A DNA stretch of 64,000 nucleotides. It comes from the human T2T-CHM13v2.0 reference genome, Homo sapiens. Shown here piece after piece: positions 50,701 to 63,800 of this stretch. The notes below the pieces were generated by a model, which saw nothing but the letters and a program-made list of their open reading frames with translations, did no database searches and was not told where the DNA came from. The translations under genes and the position numbers were made by a program. Position 1 is the stretch's first letter. Each line of letters begins with the position of its first letter. The DNA is taken from NCBI RefSeq assembly GCF_009914755.1, contig NC_060927.1. One strand, written 5' to 3'.

Positions 50701-51970
50701 CTGTAGAGAAAATATCAAAGTACCCAAGGTATATATTCTATACTGTACAAAAAATATCAAAGTACCCAAAGCATGTATTATATACTGTACATAAAATATG
50801 AAAGTACATCAAATATATATTTTATACTGTACATAAAGTAACAAAGTACACCAGATATATATTTTATAGTGTCCATAAAATATGAAATTACCCAAACTAT
50901 ACATTACATACTGTACATAAAATATGGAATTACATCAAATATATATTATATTAGGTACGTAAAATATGAAAGTACATCAAATATAGATTATATACCATAC
51001 ATAAAATATAAAGGAACCCCAAATATATATGATATACTCTACATGAAATATCAAAGTTCACAAACTATATATTATATACTGTAGATAAAATATCAAAGTA
51101 CCCAAGGTATATATTCTATACTGTAAAAAAAATATCAAAGTACCCAAAGCATGTATTATATACTGTACATAAAATATGAAAGCACATCAAATATATATTA
51201 TATTAGGTACATAAAATATGAAAGTACATAAAATATAGATGATATACTGTACATAAAATATCAAAGTAGCCCAAATATATATTATACAGTGTACATAAAA
51301 TATCAAAATTTACAAAATATATATTATATAATGTACATAAAATATCAAAGTACCCAAAGCAAGTATTATGTACTGTACATAAAAGATGAAAGTACATCAA
51401 ATATATATTTTATTCTGTACATAAAATATCAAAGTACACCAGATATATATTTTATAGTGTACATAAAATATCAAGGTACCCAAACTATACATTATATACT
51501 GTAGATAAAATATGGAATTACATCAAAAATATATTATATTAGGTACGTAAAATATGTAAGTACATCAAATATAGATTATATACCATACATAAAATATAAA
51601 GGAACCCCAAATATATATGATATACTGTACATGAAATATCAAAGTTCACAAACTATATATTACATACTGTAGATAAAATATCAAAGTACCCAAGGTATAT
51701 ATTGTATACTGTAAAAAAATATCAAAGTACCCAAAGCATGTATTATATACTGTACAAAAAATATGAAAGCACATCAAATATATATTATATTAGGTACATA
51801 AAATATGAAAGTACATAAAATATAGATGATATACTGTACATAAAATATCAAAGTAGCCCAAATATATATTATACAGTGTACATGAAATATCAAAATTTAC
51901 AAAATATATATTATATAATGTACATAAAATATCAAAGTAACCAAAGCAAGTATTATATACTGTACATAAA
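47740..51970 (+). repeat. Subdomain Y2: second block of Y-type units
   Basis: Same linked Y variants as Y1, with 588-bp cassettes at ~48620, 49960, 51180 and 51770. Confidence 0.87.
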
Positions 51971-54900
51971 ACATGAAAGTACATCAAATATATATTTTAT
52001 TCTGTACCTAAAATATCAAAGTACACCAGATATATATTCTATAGTGTACATAAAATATAAAAGTACTCAGACTATACATTATATACTGTACATAAAATAT
52101 GAGATTACATCAAATATATATTATATTAGGTACGTAAAATATGAAAGTACATCAAATATAGATTATATATTGTGCATAAAATATAAAAGTACCCCAAATA
52201 TATATTATATACTGTACATGAAATATCAAAATACACAAACTATATATTATATACTGTACATAATATATCAAAGTACCCAAGGTATATGTTCTATGCTGTA
52301 CAAAAAATATCAAAGTACCCAAACCATGTATTATATACTGTACATAAAATATGAAATTACAACAAATATATATTTTATTCTGTACATAAAATATCAAAGT
52401 ACATCAGATATATATTTTATAGTGTACATAAAATATCAAATTACCGAAACTATACATTATATCGTGTACATAAAATATGAAATTACATCAAATATATATT
52501 ATATTAGGTACGTAAAATATGAAAGTACATCAAATATAGATTATTAACTGTACATAAAATATCAAAGTACCCCAAATATATATTATATACTGTACATGAA
52601 ATATCAAATTTCACAAACTATATATTATATACTGTAGATAAAATATCAAAGTACCCAAAGTATATATTCTATACTGTACAAAAAATATCAAAGTACCCAA
52701 AGCATGTATTATATACTGTACATAAAATATTAAAGTACATCAAATATATATTTTATCCTGTAAATAAAATATCAAAGTACACGAGATATATATTTTATAG
52801 TGTACATAAAATATCAAAGTACACAAACTATACATTATATACTGTACATAAAATATGAAATTACATCAAATATATATTATATTAGGTACCTAAAATATGA
52901 AAGTACATCAAATATAGATTACTAACTGTACATAAAATATCAAAGAACGCCAAATATATATTATATACTCTACATGAAATATCAACGTTCGCAAACTATA
53001 TATTATATACTGTAGATAAAATATCAAAGTACCCAAGGTATATATTCTATACTGTACAAAATATATCAAAGTATCCAAAGCATGTATTATACACTGTACA
53101 TAAAATATGAAAGTACATCAAATATATATATTATTCTGTACCTAAAACATCAAAGTACACCAGATATATATTTTACAGTGTACATAAAATATCAAAGTAC
53201 CCAAACTATACATTATATACTGTACATAAAATATGAAATTACATCAAATATATATTATATTAGGTACCTAAAATATGAAAGTACATCAAATATAGATTAT
53301 TAACTGTACATAAAATATCAAAGTACCCCAAATATATATTATATAGTGTACATGAAATATCAAAGTTCACAAACTATATATTATATACTGTACATAAAAT
53401 ATCAAAGTACCCAAGGTATATATTCTATACTGTACAAAAAATATCAAAGTACCCAAAGCATGTATTATATACTGTACATAAAAGATGAAAGTACATCAAA
53501 TATATATTTTATTCTGTACATAAAATATCAAAGTACACCAGATATATATTTTATAGTGTACATAAAATATCAAAGTACCCAAACTATACATTATATACTG
53601 TACATAAAATATGAAATTACATCAAATATATATTATATTAGGTACATAAAATATGAAAGTACATCAAATATAGATTATATACTGTACATAAAATATCAAA
53701 GTCCCCCAAATATATATTATATACTGTACATGAAATATCAAAGTTCACAAACTATATATTATATACTGTACATAAAATATCAAAGTACCCAAGGTATATA
53801 TACTATACTGTACAAAAAATATCAAAGTATCCAAAGCATGTATTATACACTGTACATAAAATATGAAAGTACATCAAGTATATATATTATTCTGTACATA
53901 AAATATGAAAGTACACCAGATATATATTTTATAGTGTACATAAAATATCAAAGTACCCAAACTATACATTATATACTGTACATAAAATATGAAATTACAT
54001 GAAATATATATTATATTATTTACCTAAAATATGAAAGTACATCAAATATAGATTATTAACTGTACATAAAATATCAAAGTACCCCAAATATATATTATAT
54101 ACTGTACATGAAATATCAAAGTTCACAAACTATATATTATATACTGTAGATAAAATATCAAAGTACCCAAGGTATATATTCTATACTGTACAAAATATAT
54201 CAAAGTACCCAAAGCATGTATTATATACTGTACATAAAATATGAAAGTACATCAAATATATATTTTATTCTGTACATAAAATATCAAAGTACACAAGATA
54301 TATATTTTATAGTGTACATAAAATATCAAAGTACACAAACTATACATTATATACTGTACACAAAATATGAAATTACATCAAATATATATTATATTAGGTA
54401 CATAAAATATGAAAGTACATCTAGTATAGATTATATACTGTACATAAAATATCAAAGTACCCCAAATATATATGATATACTGTACATGAAATATCAAAGT
54501 TCGCAAACTATATATTATATACTGTAGATAAAATATCAAAGTACCCTAGGTATATATTCTATACTGTACAAAAAATATCAAAGTACCCAAAGCATGTATT
54601 ACATACTGTACATAAAAGATGAAAGTACATCAAATATATATTTTATTCTGTACTTAAAATATCAAAGTACACCAGATATATATTTTATAGTGTACATAAA
54701 ATATCAAAGTACCGAAACTATACATTATATACTGTACATAAAATATGAAATTACATCAAATATATATTATATTAGGTACATAAAATATGAAAGTACATCA
54801 AATATAGATTTTATACTGTACATAAAATATCAAAGTACCCCAAATATATATTATATACTCTACATGAAATATCAACGTTCGCAAACTATATATTATATAC

Positions 54901-55020
54901 TGTAGATAAAATATCAAAGTACCCAAGGTATATATTCTATACTGTACAAAAAATATCAAAGTACCCAAAGCATGTATTACAAACTGTACATAAAATATGA
55001 AAGTACATCAAATATATATT
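51970..55020 (+). repeat. Subdomain Z2: 378-bp units with gattattaactg, tacctaaaa and caacgttcgc variants
   Basis: gattattaac at ~52539, 53295 and 54051; atcaacgttcgcaaac at 52981 and 54871 (1890 = 5x378). Confidence 0.7.
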
Positions 55021-58000
55021 TTACTCTGTACATAAAATATCAAAGTACACCAGATATATATTCTATAGTGTACATAAAATAACAAAGTACACAAACTATA
55101 AATTTATACTGTACATAAAATATGAAATTACATCAAATATATATTAGGTACATAAAATATGAAAGTACATCAAATATAGATTATATACTGTACATAAAAT
55201 ATCAATGTAACCCAAATATATATTTTATACTCTACATGAAATATCAAAGTTCACAATCCATATATTATATACTGTACATAAAATATCAAAGTACCCAAGG
55301 TATATATTCTATACTATACAAAAAATATCAAACTACCCAAAGCATGTATTACATACTGTACATAAAATATGAAAGTACATCAAATATATATTTTATTCTG
55401 TACATAGAATATCAAAGTACACCAGATATATATTCTATAGTGTACATAAAATATCAAAGTACCCAAAATATACATTATATACTGTACATAAAACATGAAA
55501 TTACATCAAATATATATTATATTAGGTACATAAAATATGAAAGTACATCAAATATAGATTATATACTGTACATAAAATATCAAAGTACCCCAAATATATA
55601 TTATATACTCTACATGAAATATCAAAGTTTACAAACTATATATTATGTACTGTACATAAAATATCAAAGTACCCAAGGTATATATTCTATACTGCACAAA
55701 AAATATCAAAGTACCCAAAGCATGTATTATATACTGTATATAAAATATGAAAGTACATCAAATATATATTTTATTCTGTACATAAAATATCAAAGTACAC
55801 CAGATATATATTCTATAGTGTATATAAAATAACAAAGTACAAAAACTATAAATTATATACTGTACATAAAATATGAAATTACATCAAATATATATTAGGT
55901 ACATAAAATACGAAAGTACATCAAATATAGATTATATACTGTACATAAAATATCAAAGTAACCCAAATATATATTATACACTCTACATGAAATATCAAAG
56001 TTCACAAACTATATATTATATACTGTACATAAAATATCAAAGTAACCAAGGTATATATTCTATACTGTACAAAAAATATCAAGGTACCCAAAGCATGTAT
56101 TATGTAGTGTATATAAAATATGAAACTACATCAAATATATATTTTATTCTGTACATAAAATATCAAAGTACACCAGATATATATTCTATAGTGTACATAA
56201 AATAACAAAGTACAAAAACTATAAATTATATACTATACATAAAATATGAAATTACATCAAATACATATTAGGTACATAAAATATGAAAGTACATCAAATA
56301 TAGATTATATACTGTACATAAAATATCAATGTACCCCAAATATATATTTTATACTCTACATGAAATATCAAACTTCAGAAACCATATATTGTATACTGTA
56401 CATAAAATATCAAAATACCCAAGGTATATATTCTATACTGTACAAAAAATATCAAAGTAACCAAAGCATGTATTATATACTGTACATAAAATATGAAAGT
56501 ACATCAAATATATATTTTATTCTGTACATAAAATATCAAAGTACACCAGATATATATTCTATAGTGTACATAAAATATCAAAGTACCCAAACTATACATT
56601 ATACACTGTACATAAAATATGAAATTACATCAAATATATATTATATTAGGTACATAAAATATGAAAGTACATCAAATATAGATTATATACTGTACATTAA
56701 ATACCAAAGTACCACAAATATATATTTTATACTGTACATGAAATTTCAAAGTTCACAAACTATATATTATATACTGTACATAAAATATCAATGTACCCAA
56801 GGTATATATTCTATACTGTACAAAAAATATCAAAGTACCCAAAGCATGTATTATATACTGTACATAAAATATGAAAGTACATCAAATATATATTTTATTC
56901 TGTACATAAAATATCAAAGTACACCAGATATATATTCTACAGTGTACATAAAATATCAAAGTACCCAAACTATACATTATATACTGTACATAAAATATGA
57001 AATTACATCAAATATATATTATATTAGGTACATAAAATATGAAAGTACATCAAATATAGATTATATACTGTACATAAAATATCAAAGTACCCCAAATATA
57101 TATTATATACTCTACATGAAATATCAAAGTTCACAAACTATATATTATATACTGTACATAAAATATCAAAGTACCCAAGGTATATATTCTATACTGTACA
57201 AAAAATATCAAAGTACCCAAAGCATGTATTATATACTGTACATAAAATATGAAAGTACATCAAATATATATTTTATTCTGTACATAAAATATCAAAGTAC
57301 ACCAGATATATATTCTACAGTGTACATAAAATATCAAAGTACCCAAACTATACATTATATACTGTACATAAAATATGAAATTACATCAAATATATATTAT
57401 ATTAGGTACATAAAATGTGAAAGTACATCAAATATAGATTATATACTGTACATAAAATATCAAAGTACCCCAAATATATATTATATACTCTACATGAAAT
57501 ATCAAAGTTCACAAACTATATATTATATACTGTACATAAAATATCAAAGGACCCAAGGTATATATTCTATAATGTACAAAAAATATCAAAGTACCCAAAG
57601 CGTGTATTATATACTGTATATAAAATATGAAATTACATCAAATATATATTTTTTTCTGTACATAAAATATCAAAGTACACCAGATATATATTCTACAGTG
57701 TACATAAAATATCAAAGTACCCAAACTATACATTATATACTGTACATAAAATATGAAATTACATCAAATATATATTATATTAGGTACATAAAATACGAAA
57801 GTACATCAAATATAGATTATATACTGTACATAAAATATCAAAGTACCCCAAATATATATTATACACTCTACATGAAATATCAAAGTTCACAAACTATATA
57901 TTATATACTGTACATAAAATATCAAAGTAACCAAGGTATATATTCTATACTGTACAAAAAATATCAAAGTACCCAAAGCATGTATTACGTACTGTGTATA

Positions 58001-60800
58001 AAATATGAAAGTACTTCAAATATATATTTTATTCTGTACATAAAATATCAAAGTACACCAGATATATATTCTATAGTGTACATAAAATAACAAAGTACAA
58101 AAACTATAAATTATATACTGTACATAAAATATGAAATTACATCAAATACATATTAGGTACATAAAATATGAAAGTACATCAAATATAGATTATATACTGT
58201 ACATAAAATATCAAAGTACCCCAAATATATATTATATACTCTACATGAAATATCAAAGTTCACAAACTATATATTATATACCGTACATAAAATATCAAAG
58301 TACCCAAGGTATATATTCTATACTGTACAAAAAATATCAAAGTACCTAAAGCATGTATTATATACTGTATACAAAATATGAAAGTACATCAAATATATAC
58401 TTTATTCTCTACATAAAATATCAAAGTACACCAGATATATATTCTATAGTGTACATAAAATAACAAAGTACACAAACTATAAATTTTATACTGTACATAA
58501 AATATGAAATTACATCAAATATATATTAGGTACATAAAATATGAAAGTACATCAAATATAGATTATATACTGTACATAAAATATCAATGTACCCCAAATA
58601 TATATTTTATACTCTACATGAAATATCAAAGTTCACAATCCATATATTAAATACTGTACATAAAATATCAAAGTACCCAAGGTATATATTCTATACTATA
58701 CAAAAAATATCAAAGTACCCAAAGCATGTATTATATACTGTACATAAAATATGAAAGTACATCAAATATATATTTTATTCTGTACATAGGATATCAAAGT
58801 ACACCAGATATATATTCTATAGTGTACATAAAATATCAAAGTACCCCAAATATACATTATATACTGTACATAAAATATGAACTTACATCAAATATATATT
58901 ATATTAGGTACATAAAATATGAAAGTACATCAAATATAGATTATATACTGTACATAAAATATCAAAGTACCCCAAATATATATTATATACTCTACATGAA
59001 ATATCAAAGTTCACAAACTATATATTATGTATTGTACATAAAATATCAAAGTACCCAAGGTATATATTCTATACTGCACAAAAAATATCAAAGTACCCAA
59101 AGCATGTATTATATACTGTATATAAAATATGAAAGTACATCAAATATATATTTTATTCTGTACATAAAATATCAAAGTACACCAGATATATATTCTATAG
59201 TGTACATAAAATAACAAAGTACAAAAACTATAAATTATATACTGTACATAAAATATGAAATTACATCAAATATATATTAGGTACATAAAATATGAAAGTA
59301 CATCAAATATAGATTATACACTGTACATAAAATATCAATGTACCCCAAATATATATTATATACTCGACATGAAATATCAAAGTTCACAAACCATATATTA
59401 TTTACTGTACATAAAATATCAAAGTACCCAAGGTATATATTCTATACTGTACAAAAAATATCAAAGTACCCAAAGCATGTATTATATACTGTACATAAAA
59501 TATGAAACTACATCAAATATATTTTTTATTCTGTATATAAAATATCAAAGTACGCCAGATATATATTCTATAGTGTACATAAAATATCAAAGTACCCAAA
59601 CTATACATTATATACTGTACATAAAATATGAAATTACATCAAATATATATTATATTAGGTACATAAAATATGAAAGTACATCAAATATAGATTATATACT
59701 GTACATAAAATATCAAAGTACCCCAAATATATATTATATACTGTACATGAAATATCAAAGTTTACAAACTATATATTATATACTGTACATAAAATATCAA
59801 AGTACCCAAGGTATATATTCTATACTGTACAAAAAATATCAAAGTACCCAAAGCATGTATTATATACTGTACATAAAATATGAAAGTACATCAAATATAT
59901 ATTTTATTATGTACATAAAATATCAAAGTACACCAGATATATATTCTATAGTGTACATAAAATAACAAAGTACACAAACCATAAATTATATACTGTACAT
60001 AAAATATGACATTACATCAAATATATATTAGGTACATAAAATATGAAAGTACATCAAATATAGATTATATACTGTACATAAAATATCAATGTACCCCAAA
60101 TATATATTTTATACTCTACATGAAATATCAAAGTTCACAAACTATATATTATATACTGTACATAAAATATCAAAGTACCCAAGGTATATATTCTATACTG
60201 TACAAAAAATATCAAAGTACCCAAAGCATGTATTATATACTGTAAATAAAATATGAAAGTACATCAAATATATATTTTATTCTGTACATAAAATATCAAA
60301 GTACACCAGATATATATTCTATAGTGTACATAAAATATCAAAGTACCCAAACTATACCTTATATACTGTACATAAAATATGAAATTACATCAAATATATA
60401 TTATATTAGGTACATAAAATATGAAAGTACATCAAATATAGATTATATACTGTACATTAAATACCAAAGTACCCCAAATATATATTTTATACTGTACATG
60501 AAATTTCAAAGTTCACAAACTATATATTATATACTGTACATAAAATATCAAAGTACCCAAGGTATATATTCTATACTGTACAAAAAATATCAAAGTACCA
60601 AAAGCATGTATTATATACTGTACATAAAATATGAAAGTACATCAAATATATATTTTATTCTATACATAAATTATCAAAGTACACCAGATATATATTCTAC
60701 AGTGTACATAAAATATCAAAGTACCCAAACTATACATTATATACTGTACATAAAATATGAAATTACATCAAATATATATTATATTAGGTACATAAAATAT
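55020..60800 (+). repeat. Subdomain W2: return of the 373/378 mixed type
   Basis: The 5-bp-deleted monomer H returns (ORF starts 55122, 55873, 56246, 58131, 59255, 60006), together with caatgtac, ctctacatg and taacaaagtac(a/c)caaactataaatt. Confidence 0.85.
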
Positions 60801-63800
60801 GAAACTACATCAAATATAGATTATGTACCATACATAAAATATAAAGGAACCCCAAATATATATGATATACTGTACATGAAATATCAAAGTTCACAAACTA
60901 TATATTATATACTGTAGATAAAATATCAAAGTACCCAAGGTATATATTCTATACTGTAAAAAAAATATCAAAGTACCCAAAGCATGTATTATATACTGTA
61001 CATAAAATATGAAAGCACATCAAATATATATTATATTAGGTACATAAAATATGAAAGTACATAAAATATAGATGATATACTGTACATAAAATATCAAAGT
61101 ATCCCAAATATATATTATACAGTGTACATAAAATATCAAAATTTACAACATATATATTATATAATGTACATAAAATATCAAAGTACCCAAAGCAAGTATT
61201 ATATACTGTACATAAAAGATGAAAGTACATCAAATATATATTTTATTCTGTACATAAAATATCAAAGTACACCAGATATATATTTTATAGTGTACATAAA
61301 ATATCAAGGTACCCAAACTATACATTATATACTGTAGATAAAATATGGAATTACATCAAATATGTATTATATTAAGTACGTAAAATATGTAAGTACATCA
61401 AATATAGATTATATACCATACATAAAATATAAAGGAACCCCAAATATATATGATATACTGTACATGAAATATCAAAGTTCACAAACTATATATTATATAC
61501 TGTAGATAAAATATCAAAGTACCCAAGGTATATATTCTATACGGTAAAAAAAATATCAAAGTACCCAAAGCATGTATTATATACTGTACATAAAATATGA
61601 AAGCACATCAAATATATATTATATTAGGTACATAAAATATGAAAGTACATAAAATATAGATGATATACTATACATAAAATATCAAAGTAGCCCAAATATA
61701 TACTATACAGTGTACATGAAATATCAAAATTTACAAAATATATATTATATAATGTACATAAAATATCAAAGTACCCAAAGCAAGTATTATATACTGTACA
61801 TAAAAGATGAAAGTACATCAAATATATATTTTATTCTGTACATAAAATATCAAAGTACACCAGATATATATTTTATAGTGTACATAAAATATCAAGGTAC
61901 CCAAACTATACATTATATACTGTACATAAAATATGAAATTACATCAAATATATATTATATTAGGTACGTAAAATATGAAAGTACATCAAATATAGATTAT
62001 ATACTGTACATAATATATAAAAGAACCCCAACTATATATTATATACTGTACATGAAATATCAAAATACACAAACTATATATTATATACTGTACATAAAAT
62101 AACAAAGTACCCAAGGTATATATTCTATACTGTACAAAAAATATCAAAGTACCCAAAGCATGTATTATATACTGTACATAAAATATGAAAGTACATCAAA
62201 TATATATTATATTAGGTACGTAAAATATGAAAGTACATCAAATATAGATTATGTACCATACATAAAATATAAAGGAACCCCAAATATATATGATATACTG
62301 TACATGAAATATCAAAGTTCACAAACTATATATTATATACTGTAGATAAAATATCAAAGTACCCAAGGTATATATTCTATACTGTACAAAAAATATCAAA
62401 GTACCCAAAGCATGTATTATATACTGTACATAAAATATGAAAGTACATCAAATATATATTTTATTCTGTACATAAAATAACAAAGTACACCAGATGTATA
62501 TTTTATAGTGTACATAAAATATCAAAGTACCCAAACTATACATTACATACTGTACATAAAATATGGAATTACATCAAATATATATTATATTAGGTACGTA
62601 AAATATGAAAGTACATCAAATATAGATTATATACCATACATAAAATATAAAGGAACCCCAAATATATATGATATACTGTACATGAAATATCAAAGTTCAC
62701 AAACTATATATTATATACTGTAGATAAAATATCAAAGTACCCAAGGTATATATTCTATACTGTACAAAAAATATCAAAGTACCCAAAGCATGTATTATAT
62801 ACTGTACATAAAATATGAAAGTACATCAAATATATATTTTATTCCGTACATAAAATAACAAAGTACACCAGATATATATTTTATAGTGTACATAAAATAT
62901 GAAATTACCCAAACTATACATTACATACTGTACATAAAATATGGAATTACATCAAATATATATTATATTAGGTACGTAAAATATGAAAGTACATCAAATA
63001 TAGATTATATACCATACATAAAATTTAAAGGAACCCCAAATATATATGATATACTGTACATGAAATATCAAAGTTCACAAACTGTATATTATATACAGTA
63101 GATAAAATATCAAAGTACCCAAAGTATATATTCTATACTGTACAAAAAATATCAAAGTACCCAAAGCATGTATTATATACTGTACATAAAATATGAAAGT
63201 ACATCAAATATATATTTTATTCTGTACATAAAATAATAAAGTACACCAGACATATATTTTATAGTGTACATAAAATATCAAAGTACCCAAACTATACATT
63301 ATATACTGTACATAAAATATGGAATTACATCAAATATATATTATATTAGGTACGTAAAATATGAAAGTACATCAAATATAGATTATATACCATACATAAA
63401 ATATAAAGGAACCCCAAATATATATGATATACTGTACATGAAATATCAAAGTTCACAAACTATATATTATATACTGTAGATAAAATATCAAAGTACCCAA
63501 GGTATATATTCTATACTGTAAAAAAAAATCAAAGTACCCAAACATGTATTATATACTGTACTTAAAATATGAAAGTACATCAAATATATATTTTATTCTG
63601 TACATAAAATAACAAAGTACACCAGATATATATTTTATAGTGTACATAAAATATGAAATTACCCAAACTATACATTAAATACTGTACATAAAATATGGAA
63701 TTACATCAAATATATATTATATTAGGTACGTAAAATATGAAAGTACATCAAATATAGATTAGATACCATACATAAAATATAAAGGAACCCCAAATATATA

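Noticed and set aside
56246-58090. 614-aa ORF of Y/I/K-rich 14-aa repeats, the longest in the track
   Set aside because: It is the translation of about 5 satellite units. 42 and 378 are multiples of 3, so the frame stays open until a TAA variant; equivalent copies are freely broken by stops and frameshifts.
31642-61821. Recurrent - strand ORFs (MMYFHLLCTVYNT...)
   Set aside because: They coincide with the 588-bp cassette, whose variants happen to remove stops. They are useful as cassette markers but are not genes.
48-63479. About 150 other + strand ORFs resembling a repeat-protein family
   Set aside because: Starts and stops track satellite variants (5-bp deletion, taac, tgtag). There is no recognisable domain and no sign of frame conservation.
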